A DNA stretch of 63,401 nucleotides, filler included, from Octopus bimaculoides (lineage: Eukaryota), in NCBI RefSeq assembly GCF_001194135.2. It is 6 parts of 6 records of this genome, joined end to end, with 100 filler letters (N's around TTAATTAATTAA, not from the genome) between each part and the next. Parts side by side here need not be neighbours in the genome. Positions count along the whole stretch, not along the records: positions 1 to 24,121 come from NC_068983.1; positions 24,222 to 44,604 come from NC_068988.1; 4 more parts are not named here. The stretch is one strand, 5' to 3'. Each line of letters starts with the position of its first letter. Within the stretch, counting starts at the first letter, position 1. Shown in pieces: positions 16,781 to 30,900 of this stretch. The position numbers were made by a program, and so were the translations under genes. The notes under the pieces were generated by a model that saw only the letters and a list, made by a program, of their open reading frames with translations, was not told the origin of the DNA and did not search any database.

Positions 16781-19700
16781 TAGATCTATAATCAAAAGAT
16801 ATTGAAGCCATGACCATCTCATCTTGTATATCAGGGACTTCATTACCAAATGTGTTATTTATTTATTCAAAGTAGTAAGATGTGATCTGGGAAAGATTTG
16901 GCTGCTATTTCTGGTAGCTCGTGTAAAGATTCTGATTAGCTGAAGTGTGCAAGGTAATTGACTATACCAGTATAGACATGAGAAGCAAATAGACAATGAG
17001 TATGAGATGATATACTGGATAAAAATCACATCACTAGTAACTTGTCAGAGTAACTAAACACTAAATAAATTAGCCTTTATACAGTGGGTAGTTAACTGCT
17101 CTGGTATGGAACTGCAATGCAGGTGGATCATTAGGTGTTGTTGAAAATAAGTGCAATATACTGTCAGTGGAAGGATCTCTAGTAGATAGAAATTTTGGAT
17201 CATTTGAATAGAATGATGTCAGATATTAGGATTTTTTAACTTCACAGGTGAGATGACAAGGATCTGAGATGAGAAGTCTTAACTATATACCTTACAACTG
17301 TGATGATGAAAATAACGACTATGCTTTACTGATGAGGTGATAATTAGCCTGAAATATATCAGCTGTTGTCTTCCAAACTTGCTGAAATAATGTAAACAAT
17401 ACTAGTTGTTGATCAAATAATTGTTTTGTGCTATTTAATGCCCATTCCTATACATACACCAGCTTCAATTATCTTAAAACAAACCTCACTATTATTTTGT
17501 ATATGGTTGGCATCTCTGAATTATTAATTCTTTAAACAATTCTATTTTATTATATAAACCAGTGAGCATTTTTGTACATTTACATAGTGATTCATTCATC
17601 ATTGCTAATCCAGCGAAGTTAATGTTTTATTGATGAGATAAGATTTAAACCAAAACATGTACAGTTATCTCCCATACTGCAAAACTGGGAGCAATTTTAG
17701 TTGTTGACTATTTTTCTTCTCCCTGATAATCTATGTTTAATCTAACAATAATTTAAGTAGAGAGAATAAAGGGTAAAGACCTCCTTCAGTCATGAATGAC
17801 CATGGGATTGCACCTAGAAAGTTATCCTCCAAGGCGCAAGTCCAGGTAAAGTTGTTTCTGGAAGACCAGCAGTTGTCCATGCATACCAGTCTCCTTTCTC
17901 CATGTCACTGAATTTATCCAAAGAAAGTTGCAACTCATTTCTACAGCTGAGTGAACTGGAGCAACTTGAAATAAAGTGTTTTGTTCAAGAACATAACAAC
18001 CCAGTCTGGGAATCAAACTCACTTCCTCATGATTGTGAGCTCAACACTCTAATCACTGAGCCATATGCCATAATAATTTAAGTATTATATCTTATATCTA
18101 TGTAGATGGCATCCCCAGCAAATCTATTTCTCTATACCAGCCAGTGTCCCTTAAAGCAGTTTTTGATTAAATATGCAAAATATCAAAAGAACAAAATCCT
18201 TTAAATATAATTTAAAGGCAATCTCACTTATAATACTTGTAAAGACCATCTGATGAAGCAATAATACTAATAGATTTTATTGTCATTCAGATCCAACTTC
18301 TATACATTACACAACTGCACAATTTCTCCACAGATCACCAATATTTGCAGTTGTTAATTAGCATAGGTCAATCCTGATCAAACAGAACTATGATCAAATA
18401 TCTTCTAACTGTAACATTTTCAATATTGCAGTAGTCATACAATATCTGGGATCTTATTATCCCTATGTTTATATCATATTTTTAAGATTAGGTGTTGAGT
18501 TGACTAAGTCATTGGAGTGTTGTATAGAGTGCCTTACAGCATTTTATCTGACTCTCTGTGTTTTGTGTTCAAATCTTACAGTGGTCAACTTTTCCTTTAA
18601 TCCTTTCAGGGTTAATTAAAAAAAAAAAAAACTTACCAATCAAGGGCAATGGATGAGTGGAATTTCTAGAGAATCAAGAGAGATGCCTTGAGGTAATTGC
18701 TCTGTCTCTTTGCATTCTGGCAGTAACACCTGTAATGGCATCAGTGTCAATGTGTCTTAGTCCAAGTTGTTGGCCTCTTCCTTGGATTAGCAGCAACAGG
18801 CTTGCATACAAGGGCATCCACTAATCTTCCTCAAAACATCTTGCCCAAACCTGTATAAACATGTGTAGATACATGATCAACATTGACTGAGAGAGGCTCT
18901 ATTTTCAAGCTCAAAGACAGGGAAATTTGGACTGCTATTTATGATAGGTCAAATGACAGCCTATAAGCTACCGCCATTGATTACGAATGTGAAAAATTAA
19001 TAATATTATAACATGAATATCTTTCATCAACAACAGATATTTTAGAGATAAAATGGTTGCTTGATTTTATCTTTCCTTATTAATACATGCAATGTGTTAG
19101 ATATTTATGAAATATGGCAAAAATGAAAGCTACTCCAGTGTAATTTGAACACAAAACTCAGAGAAATAGAACTAAGCACAATTAGCAGTATGCAGTCTGT
19201 TGCATTACCACTTCTGACCTTCCACTGCGTTAATAATATAAGTAATAACACACTATCTTTTGATCTGGCATAATGTTAATATAACAAATAATAGAGATAT
19301 AGTCAATATAATTGGTCTTAGTATTTTACAGGAACTTGTTTTAATCTAACCTGAAGGGATGAAAGGCACGATCAACTTAGATGGAAATTGAGCTATGTGA
19401 AGTAATAATAAAATTCTCATGGCATTGTATGCTCTGTGTGCTTCAATAAGTCAGCCTGGTTTTATTTTTATTTGTTTTTCCCTCCATATTTTGTTCCTTT
19501 ATTTTCCTTTAGCTACAGCTTGGATATTGTTTGTGGTATGAAAATTCCACCGACAGTCTTTCAACTTCTTACACATTTGATCTTGAATGATCTTGAATGA
19601 TAATTATTACATGTTTCTTAAGAACTAGCCAAGTTCTTCAAATGGTCCTGCATGACAGTTCTTAGATTTGGGGAAAGAGTCATACCTACTGACATTTCAA

Positions 19701-20200
19701 TTTGTAATATATATATATATGTATGTATATGAGACGATTGCTTTTATGACATGTGTGCAAACACACATACACAGATGGATGTTCTCCACCTCTCTCTCTT
19801 TCTATGTATATGTATATATATCTCTATCTTTCTCTCTTTATATATATATGTATTTGAGTGCACACTCAAATGCTTGCACACTCACATACATAAATGCATG
19901 TGTATATAGATACATAAATACATACATATATGACTATGCGCGCACACACACGCGCGTGCACACACATAATCATCATCATCATTGACATCTTTTTAATGAC
20001 CCATTTTCCCATCTGTCTGACCCATATGAAAACACCCATTTTCGCACAGGTCAGACAGATTTCATTGAGGCAGATTTTTTTATGGACTGATGACCTTGTT
20101 ACCAGCCTTCACTTGTTTGCAAGCTGAACATGTTTCCCCAGTGGAATGCAAACGAGAGACACCACTTGACAGTGATGACAGTCGTTTATGCACACATGCG

Positions 20201-20231
<31 letters not shown>

Positions 20232-20838
20232 CACATGCAAAGGTTGAAAGGAACTGAAGCAAGCAAGTTCTACTGGTTATGTGATATTAGTGTGCGTAAA
20301 TGATGAAGCTCAAAGCACAAGATAAACTAGAAGGATAACTGGACATAACTGGAAATAGATGTAACACATAAGAAAGAATACTGCAATGCTACAGATATGT
20401 AATTTGTATGGAAGATGATTCTAAAGGAAAAGATATAAAGTGCCTTGTAATCACAACAGGAAAAATCTGTGAGAGGAAGGTGACGGAAAACACTGGAATA
20501 AGTGACAAAATCTGATCTCAAAAGGCTGAACTTCATAAAGAAAATGATAGAGCAGTGTAACAAATGACAAGAGAACTTTCAGCACATTCATATATGGTAA
20601 AGCAGATATCAAGATTATTTTATCATGTATTATGTATTTGTTGAAGTGGTATCCTCCTTTTGATTGTTGCTTTCACTGCATTTTCACTGTGTACACTCCA
20701 GCCTTCATCAGGTGCCATGGGCTCGAGTGTACTCAACTGTAACCTAATGAAAGCAACAATCAAGATGAGGATACCTCTTTGACAAATACATAATATATAA
20801 ATTCCTTATCTCAGAAATACAGTTCTGTATTTATAAAA

Positions 20839-20880
<42 letters not shown>

Positions 20881-21265
20881 GTTGTTGTTGTTGTTGTTGT
20901 TGTTTAAGGCAGTAAGCTGGCAGAATCATTAGCACACTGGGCAGAATGTTTAGCAGCATTTCGTCTGTCTTAATGTTCTGGGTTCAAATTCCACAGAGGT
21001 CGACTTTTCAGGTTCAATAACATAATCATCTTTTTATGGAGATATTCTGTAAATACCATTCACCATCACAGCCTTTCGCTCATGTTCATACCAGTTTTCT
21101 AACACTTCAAATATTCAGACTTGGCCAATTTCTCAATATACTTTTTTCCAAGCACATTCATACTTGTTTATACTCTTATTGTGTTAGCTTACTGTATTCA
21201 CTAAGCACATGGTTAATACTTTGTCACCTTTACAACAAATCCTCCTCCTCCTCCTCCTCCTCCTT

Positions 21266-21346
<81 letters not shown>

Positions 21347-23103
21347 TACTTTTAATCTGCATGTTTGTTACAGTCACTTGCTGAAACACACCCAGTATCC
21401 CCAACATCCTATGGCGAGGACAGGACAAGAGATATTACAGTATGAATGAAGCTTGAGAAGGGGAAGTGGCAGAGGCAGTAGTGAAATATCTTCATGTAAT
21501 ATAATACAGACTTTTGAAATTGAGAGGGTTTTTCTAAATTTGTGGGCATTACTTGTCAGCACAATAGTTTGGATTTCTCCAAGATATGGTTCTCTTGATG
21601 TTTCTGACATCCCAGTTTTATTATACCTAGATCACTTATCATCATCATCATCATCATCATCATCATTAAGGTGGTGAGCTAGTAGAATCTGCACCGGGCA
21701 AAATGCCTAGCGGCATTTTGTTCATGTGTAGAGTTCAAATTCTGCTGTCAACTTTACTTTTCATCCTTTTGAGGGCAATAAAATAAGTACCAGTTGTATA
21801 CTAGAGTTGATGTAATCAATTATCCCCTGCCCCAAATTTCAGGCCTTGTGCTTATAGTAGACAGGCCTATTAGTATTATCATTATTGAGTGAGAGAGCAG
21901 TGCATGTCATCAAAGTGACACTGGGCTAAAATATACACAGCCCAGTGTACCCATCATAGATACCCATCTGATAAGGGGACACCAGGCACATGCATCATAA
22001 CCATGTGTGTGCAAGATATCATATCAAGATAAACAGCACATGACCTTGTAGAAGGTGCACAGTTAGAATTTTCTTCAGGTTGAGTAGCCCATCCCACTCA
22101 AAAGGTCCCTCAAGAAGGGTTGTTTAAGGGTATTGAACAAAGCATCAATGTTTCCAGAGGTGAATTATTCAAAGCCCAAAGAATTCCTCTCAACACATGG
22201 CTATGATGCTCCCTGGCTTGTGATTAGAGTTGCACATATCATCAGCCACCAAAGGACATGCTCAGCTGGTTAAAGTCAAGCAACTGACAAGAAAATTTGT
22301 AATGTCTCAATATATTTAGAATAAAATTTCTTATCCATTTATGCAAGTTTAGCAATCAGAGTGTAGACCATTGATGGAAACCATGTTTTGTGTGTGTGTG
22401 TGTGCGCATGTCTATGTACATATATATTCTTGTGTGTGTGTATGTATATCATCATCATCATCGTCATCAGTTAATGTCTAGCATCCATGCTGGCAATCAA
22501 TCAACAATTTAGCAGAACCTGTTGAGCCTGTGGACTGTGTTGAACTCCAGTGTCTGCTTTGGCATGGTTTCTATCTATGTATACCCTTCCTAAAGCCAAT
22601 GACTTTAGAGAGTGTTCTGGGTGCTTATATATACATGCCACCAGCACTACTGATAGCAACAAATAACTTGCAAGACAAAACGCCTCGATAGAGTGGAGGT
22701 GTGAGGAGAGTGGTGGCTTTATGCCAGGGGCTGAGGTACAGTGCAGTCTTCTCTTTTCCACTCTACATCCTCTACAGCCTGGTTTTTCTCCAAGGTCACT
22801 TGTACTTCTTTATTCATGCACAGTAGCATGATGAAACAGAGGTCAGGAGAGCTTATAGTAATGTTGGAATATAGCTAAATGGATGTATACTACTGGCAAG
22901 AGTCAAGAGAGAAAGGAGCTTCAACCAGATTCCTCACAAGCAAGGAATAGATGTCCAAATTTTCTGGGTGGTAAAAGCGATGGGTGGGTACGTTGTTGGC
23001 TGAGAGATGGTTGGGTGAGATAATTAATATTGTCACAGTATGTGACAGAATAATTAAGCAAAAATTAGTCTATGGTAAAATCAACAGAAGTAGTTTTCTT
23101 TGC

Positions 23104-23134
<31 letters not shown>

Positions 23135-24121
23135 TATATNNNNNNNNNNNNNNNNNNNNNNNNNNNNNNNNNNNNNNNNNNNNNNNNNNNNNNNNNNNNN
23201 NNNNNNNNNNNNNNNNNNNNNNNNNNNNNNNNNNNNNNNNNNNNNNNNNNNNNNNNNNNNNNNNNNNNNNNNNNNNNNNNNNNNNNNNNNNNNNNNNNNN
23301 NNNNNNNNNNNNNNNNNNNNNNNNNNNNNNNNNNNNNNNNNNNNNNNNNNNNNNNNNNNNNNNNNNNNNNNNNNNNNNNNNNNNNNNNNNNNNNNNNNNN
23401 NNNNNNNNNNNNNNNNNNNNNNNNNNNNNNNNNNNNNNNNNNNNNNNNNNNNNNNNNNNNNNNNNNNNNNNNNNNNNNNNNNNNNNNNNNNNNNNNNNNN
23501 NNNNNNNNNNNNNNNNNNTTTATAAGCCATTTAAAATAACACACAAAATCCGTTAGATTCACTTCAACATTTAAATTTAATTTGTCAAAATATTTTCGTC
23601 GCTTTGAGACCGCGACCTGTTCACTGACAAAATTATGTGCTGCATCTGAGAAAGTAATAGTTAGTTCATGATATATATGTACATGTGTATGTATGTATGT
23701 GCGTGTTCATGTGTGCACGTATGCATCTGTGTATGTGCGTATGCATGCCTATACACATGTATGTATATATGTATATATGTATGTATGTGAGTATGCACGT
23801 ATGTACTTATGGATGTACGTGAGTAATAGGGTAAGTGTGTAGACGTGTTTGTGTGTGTGTGTGTGTGCATATGTATGTACATGTGAATGTATGTTTATGT
23901 ACTGATATGTGCGTCAGTTCAAGTTGTATACATGACAGTTACTTTGTTGAAGGTTGTATATACGCACATATATACATATGCACATACACATATGTAAACA
24001 CGCACACACATATATGTGTGTCTGTGCGTTTGCCCCTCTCACCATCGTCTAACGGTGAATTGATACAACGTTTTAGATACATATATGTACATATATAACC
24101 TTACTTATACATATATAAACA

Positions 24122-24221
24122 NNNNNNNNNNNNNNNNNNNNNNNNNNNNNNNNNNNNNNNNNNNNTTAATTAATTAANNNNNNNNNNNNNNNNNNNNNNN
24201 NNNNNNNNNNNNNNNNNNNNN
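24122..24221. other. Artificial scaffold linker N44-TTAATTAATTAA-N44 (also 44605-44704, 47714-47813, 52288-52387, 62155-62254)
   Basis: Five identical 100-nt blocks with a central 12-mer giving stop codons in all six frames. Confidence 0.97.
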
Positions 24222-24622
24222 TCCCTAATTAGTTGGGCTATGACCCTCTCCGTAACCTTCATAACCTGATCTAACAGCTTGATGCCTCTGTAATTATTTG
24301 TATCTAAAGCGTCACCTTTACCTTTGTAGCAGTTGACTATGGTGCTGCTACACCAGTCATTGGGTATGACTCCTTCGTGTAACACCTGGTTCGTAATACG
24401 GGTGACTAGGCTGTAGCCAACACTGCCAGATATTTTGAGCATCTCTGCAGTGATTCCTGATGGGCCGGGGGCTTTCCCTGTCTTCATACTCTTAATTGCT
24501 TTATCTACCCTGGTACTATCAACTCGGATAGCTGGTCCCTCTGTTGGGTCGACATACGGCAGCCTCTCTTTCTCCCATTCATTCTCTAGAGTAAAATAGG
24601 AATCAATGGGATCCGTAGGCAA
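24222..24622 (-). mobile_element. RTE-clade LINE reverse transcriptase fragment (open frame, cut by the contig end)
   Basis: 133 uninterrupted codons: KAIKSMKTGKAPGPSGITAEMLK...[43 protein letters not shown]. Confidence 0.93.
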
Positions 24623-24780
24623 AAATGGTTGAGAATCATTGGTCTAGGCCATGGGAACCCAACTTTACTGAAAGACATAATTACCACATGTTGTTTCCAG
24701 TCAGATTTATATGTATTTTGTAAATAGGCTAATTTTGCCAAAAATTAACTGTTAGATTTTTATTTCATTAGTTAAAACAG

Positions 24781-24912
24781 AGTTCTCTTACAAATAGTGA
24801 AGCACCTCCATTATTTGATGTGAAAAACTTTGAATACGTGGATAGTCCTTTGGAGACTGAACAAGATGATAGCAATTCAAGAGACAGTGGCTTGGGTTAT
24901 GAAAAAGAAAGG
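24781..24912 (+). CDS. CDC25: Cdc25 exon (first found): [44 protein letters not shown]
   Basis: aaaacag| acceptor, |gtgagt donor, 132 nt, phase 0-0; carries a DSG degron-like motif typical of Cdc25 N-termini. Confidence 0.85.
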
Positions 24913-27900
24913 GTGAGTAATTAAAACTCATGGAATTATATTGTTCAATGTTTCTTTTATTTATTTTCTCTTGTTTGGTATGATGTCTACAGGGTGGTTG
25001 GAAAGTAACAAGGCATTAGAAGTTGCTTTTAGAATGTTCAGTTTCACTGAAGTCACGATGAAAACATTTTTTAAACAGACAACACTAATGGGGATTTTTT
25101 ATTTCTTGTTTTCCCGATGGTCAGTCGCTTGACTGTTCAAGAGCGAGCTAAGATAGCAGCACGCTATGAAGTGTGGAATTCTGTTTTTGGTTCAGAGGTG
25201 GTGGCATCCATGGAAAGGTAAGCATGCAACACTATGTCCAGAGACAGTGTTGTCATACAAAGCTGATGACCACAGGTTCTGTGAACGATGCAAGAAGTGA
25301 TCCTGATCAGTGGAGAACATGGCAACAGTGCAAGAAATGTTTCATCGCAGCCCACAAAATTCACATCTCAAGTAGCTCGTGAGAGTGGACTAACAAGACA
25401 CAATACATACGGTGTTGCATAAAGAATTGAATTTTCATCCATGGAAACCCCAGTATGTGCAGGAACTAAAACCTGAAGACTGGAAGTCCAGATCTCGCTC
25501 CATGTGACTTTTTTTACCTGTGGGGTTACACAAAAGTGGAGGTGTACAAGACAAAACCTCGCATACTGGAGGACTTGGGGACACGAATTCAGGAGGTTCT
25601 CGATGGTGTCCCAGACTGTCCTTCAGAAGGTTTGTAAATTCCATTCATTGCCAGTTTGAGGAAACTGGTTGATGCCACCAGTGCGTAAGTTAAAATATGA
25701 AGATTTACTTTCGTTTTCTCATGTAATAAAGAACATGTATCATTTGTTTCAATAAATTTTTGAAAGGAATATGGATTTTATTGCCAATTTTTAGCGCCTG
25801 CTTACTTTTCACCCACCCTGTATATATATGCAGACATAATGTAAGAATTTCATTGATATTTACATATTTCTTTTTTACATGATAACCAATTTTTAATTTT
25901 TTTTTATTTATTTTAGGACATAAGTTAGCCTGAACTGTAAATACGGTTTGAACATTTTAATTATCAATTGTCAAAATTTGGAAATTTCTATATTCTCCAT
26001 GTTGCTGAGGATGAACTAACTCTATATTTGAAATTTTTAATTTATTCACTTAGCTGGATATGGAATTCTGTTGAAATTCCTATAGAATATTTGGTTTACA
26101 TAGGTAATTATATTTGAAGCATATTGCAAATGTTTTTATTACAAAAAGAAAAAATTAAACAAGTTTTTATGAGGGCTGAATGTTAGCTTGGTGGTTCAAC
26201 TGGAATACACTCCAAGCTTGACACACTTGTGACAACTAACTGTAAGGCTGTGTGTGTGCACTAGTCTGACCTCCCTCTCCTTCCTTCCATTGATAGGAGG
26301 ACCAGTTTCAGTTTGTGCCACCCTTGGGAATGCCACCACGTAAAGTGAAAATGTTTGAGGACAGTTTGGACTTCGAGATCAATCGAAAATTTCATCGCTC
26401 TCTCTCAGCTCCTTTGATAAAGAAAGAGGTATGCGAGGCTTAAAAATTCTGCCTGTTGTAATTATTAGGCTTTCGTTTTTTTTTTTTTGCTTTAGAAATT
26501 TTGCTTCTAGGTCTTTGTGTTTTTTCTTCTTTTTCTTGTTTATGTCCTTGTCAGTAATTTTCCTGCAACCTGTTTAATCATGAAGTGCCATTTGTTACCT
26601 GCAGGATATTGAATTTTTGCAACGAGATAACAGCCCCAAAAAAACAGAGAATGAAAGAGATGATGGTTTCTCTGATCATTTGGAAACAATGGACACAGCA
26701 GCAGAGGTAATACTCACATCCATGTTTAATTATGGTTAGCTCTGTGGTGGCGTTTAATTCATTTATATTTTCTTCTGTCCTCTGCAAACTCTTGTACCAT
26801 AATTGTTTTGCTTTATAGACAGTATCAGACAGCATTAAAAGCCTCATTGAAGCACCATTATCTTCACAAGCTTTGGAGAATGCTGAAAACACAAACAGCT
26901 ACAGATTTGGAAGTTCCTTAGATGACACACCAACTGTAAGTAAAACTGGTTTTATTTTCTTTTGTTTTGATATATTCTTTCATTCTATTATTCTTTTATT
27001 TGTTTCAATCATTTGGCTGCGGCCATGCTGGAGCACTGCCTTTAGTCAAATCAAATCGACCCCAGGACTTATTCTTTGTAAGTCTAGTATTTATTCTATT
27101 GGTCTCTTTTGCTGAGCCGCTAAGTTACGGGGACCTAAACACACCAGCATCGGTTGTCAAGCGATGTTGGGGGGACAAACACAGATGCACAACATATACA
27201 CACACATACATACATATATATATGTATATACATATATACAATGGGCTTCTTTCAGTTTCCGTCTACCAAATCCACTCACAAGGCTTTGGTCGGCCTGAGG
27301 CTATAGTAGAAGACACTTGCCCAAGGTGCCACGCAGTGGGACTGAACCCGGAACCATGTGGTTGGTAAGCAAGCTACTTACCACACAGCCACTCCTTGGC
27401 TTATATTTAACAAGTGTTTTAAAAATTAATCCTTTAGCATTCAGATTACTCTGTCAAATGCAGTGCTTCATACTAATCGTGAATTATGAGATAGCTTTGA
27501 GATTTCAGTGATGTGATTGCTTATTTTTAGTATGACATTTGTACAGAAGGTGCTAGGTACTGGATTTGGTTGGGTTGAACATAACAATTGGAATATTTTG
27601 GCTGAGTGTGGCCTGTTTAAATGCTAAAGGGTTAAAGCATTTATTCTAAGACGGTTGTTTTTGTATGAGTTTTAGGCACTCCTTTAATGCATTTGGCTTT
27701 GAATTAATCCTGCATTATCTCATAGCTTTGAGATTTCAAAGATGTTGTTTGTTTTTAGAATGACATTGTAAGGTAAATGTGAGAAGTCAGATCTGGTAGC
27801 ATAGGTAGACTATTTGGGCTTGATACGGTTGGTTTGAATTTGAATGCTAAAGGGTTAGATCCATGAAATTTGGATAAAAAATACATTGGTAATCTCTAAC

Positions 27901-30900
27901 TTAAGGCTCCTCACATTTGAAAAATGCCATATTTTCAGGCATTCAAGTTGAATGCATGTAGCGGGCTGGATGTGATATGCTATATCAGGTTGAAATGATC
28001 GAGTGTATAGATGTAACGCTTCAAGGTTCTCGTGTCAGAATAACAGTAAACATCAAAGAATCGACACCAAGAAGGAAGAAATATTATTTACATATGTTTA
28101 TTCGTTTGCCTGACAGGTAAAGAGACTGTAGCAGTTCTAGTGATAGGGACAACAAAGATGGCTTGCTGGTTAGTAGTTGATAATGTAGAAGAAGGATGTC
28201 TGTCAATAGACAGTGAAAGAGTAAGGAATGCACAGTGCTGACTGGAAAGGATAGAGGTGGCATCATCTTTCTTGTGGCCGAGGAAAGTGCTGCTCTTGGT
28301 CATGGCTAACACAAAAGAGCGTGTTGCTCCTTGGTCATAGCTGACACATAAGAGGGAGAGATAAGAAATTCTGTTATATAGACAGTGGTCAGTTATGTAG
28401 GTCAAACCTTAACTAAAGGACTGACCTTTCTTTGACAGCACAGGTCCTAGGGTGTTGAGTGTTTCTTCATCAATCATCTGGTGTGGGGAAGATTTCCCGC
28501 TCATTTTGAGAAGCAACAAGCAGGTGGATTTGGTTTCAAATCTCAGGCAGGGTGAAGCTAGATCCCTACATATCATGTAGACATTCAAAGCTTGTCATTA
28601 TCTTTCCCAATCCTGCTGCATTTCACATGGAAATTTTAGGTCCCCCAAACTTATCTTAGAATAGAGGTCAATATACCTTTTTTGATTGTAAATTTTGGTT
28701 TGAAAAATTCAACTTTTTTGCTGGAAAATATAGGCCAGGTAATGAATATTCAGTCAGTGAAAATTTTTCTTTTACAAGTTATTGTAGATATCAGTTTGTT
28801 ACTTGTCTTAGTTGAAATCACTGCTGAAAATATTCATCCTTTTACTATGAGTTTGTGGTAGTTTAGTTACAGTTTATTTTGTCAAAATAGTCTTGATGAT
28901 GAAAGCACAGGCTTACAAACTAAATGTTGAACATTTAAGAATTATTGCATTTGATTTTGCAACTGTTCAATCTCCTATTTCCTTGTCGTAAACCTTTTTC
29001 GTCTTTCAGTCTTTGGACTGCAGATCTGCTAAAGCACTGCCATAAAGGGTTTTGACTGAACAAATCCACTCCTGTACTTCATTTTTTTTTTTTTTAAAGT
29101 CTGGTGCTTATTCTTTTACCAAATTGTTATAGGGACATAAGCAAACCAATAGCGGTTATCAAGTGGATAGAGGAGACACAAACACACTTGCGATGGGCTT
29201 TCAGTTTCCATCTACCAAATTCACTCGCAAGGCATTGGTTGACCTGGGACTAGAAGATACTTACCCATGTTGATGTACATTGGGACTGAACTCAAAACCT
29301 TGTGGTCGCAAAGTGAGCTTCTTAACCACACAGCTATAAGAATAGAATTTCACTTGTAATTTAACTGAAATTTTTCTGATTTTCTGTTGCTCTATGTCTC
29401 AGGTCCCCATAAATTGTGCTGTCATTTCAGCCTTTATACAGGTTCACTGTAAGTTCTATTCACTGGATCATTGGATGTTGAAGTATTTCTCATCTGTAAG
29501 TTTCCATACATTAATCTGTTACGGTTTCTTCTCATTTGTTAGACTATGCGTGTTGCAAAATCCATATTCCGCACACAATCCTTCGACGTGAGAAGACGTT
29601 CCATAAACAAGCGTGATCGAATAAAAGATGAGAATACACCTGTCTATCAAAAACGGCGGAGACCGACAAATGGAAAGGTAAAATTTCAAAATTCTTTAAT
29701 AACTTGTAAGAATTTGATGTATATTGTTTTAACTCTTAAAAAAGTCTTGTAGTGTTTTCTCGACATACACGAGAATTTACAATCAAAAAAGATTCTCCTG
29801 TATTTTCCTTTACCAAAAGCCAAGGACTTATCAATACCCTCTTGTATATATGTATGTGTGTATATTTATGCGCACGCACACACACAATAGGCTTCCACAT
29901 CGTTTCCATCTTCCAGATCCACTCACAAGGCATTGGCCAGCTTAAGACTATAGTAGTAAACACTTGCCCCTTGCACCATGCAGTGGGATTGAACCTGAAA
30001 TGACATGGTTACAAGGCAAGCTTCATAACCACACTGCTATGTCTGTTCCTAGCTTGATGAGGGAGCCTACTAATCTAGTACTTAAAATACCTGAAATTGA
30101 ATAATTATTGTAGAAATAAAACAGAAAATTCATGGGATAGAACATCATGGTAATACATGAGTGACATTTCTGTGAGCAAGTGAAAGTAATCTTCTGATTT
30201 TTGCTTATAGATATCCCCAATTTTAAAACGTTCTCACTCAGAGACAGAGGCTCAGATCAAGGCAGCTGTTCAGAGAATATCACATAATCCATCTTTAATT
30301 GGCGATGCATCAAAGGTAAATGATTAAGTTGTTGTATATACTTTTTGTTGAATTTTGTTCAGAGAAAGTCTTTGTTGTGAGACTAAATTTTCCAAACCCC
30401 TTTCTTTTTGTTTTTCCTCTTCAGACATACTGCTTACCAACAATAACTGGAAAACATGGATATCTGAAGTCAGTTACTCCTCAAACTGTATGTAAAAAAA
30501 TAAAAAAGTCCTTATTTTGTTGTATTCAGTTTGTGTGATGTTGGGTGTAAGGGTGGGAGGTGTTGATTTGATAGGCAATATTGTCTCACTAAAGATTAAA
30601 AGGACTCAAATATTACAGAGTTAGTTTGCATGTTTTAATATTAAAAATTTATAAGGCAGCAGGTCTAACTCCTACTTATTAAGACTTTGGTTTTTGCTAA
30701 ATTGACTCTAAGGCCCTTCGATTCTCGGCCTTGCTTCCACACCTGAAACTTCTCTAGTTCTGATAGTGACTCAGCTATTAGAGCAAAATCATCAGTATAG
30801 AGGCGCTCCCAGAGACGGTCTGCCTTAAATTCCTCTGTTATTGCCTAGAAGACTATGATGAATAAGAGAGGGCTGAGGACTGATCCTTGGTGGATCCCTA

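Noticed and set aside
17325-17365. CUGAUGA...GAAAUAUAUC hammerhead-like spacing
   Set aside because: Helix I mismatches at the first pair and helix II is poor; compatible with chance.
18245-18300. CUGAUGA followed by a 7-bp stem (also CUGAUGA motifs near 4110, 50016, 54762)
   Set aside because: No properly placed GAAA; some lie within SINEs.
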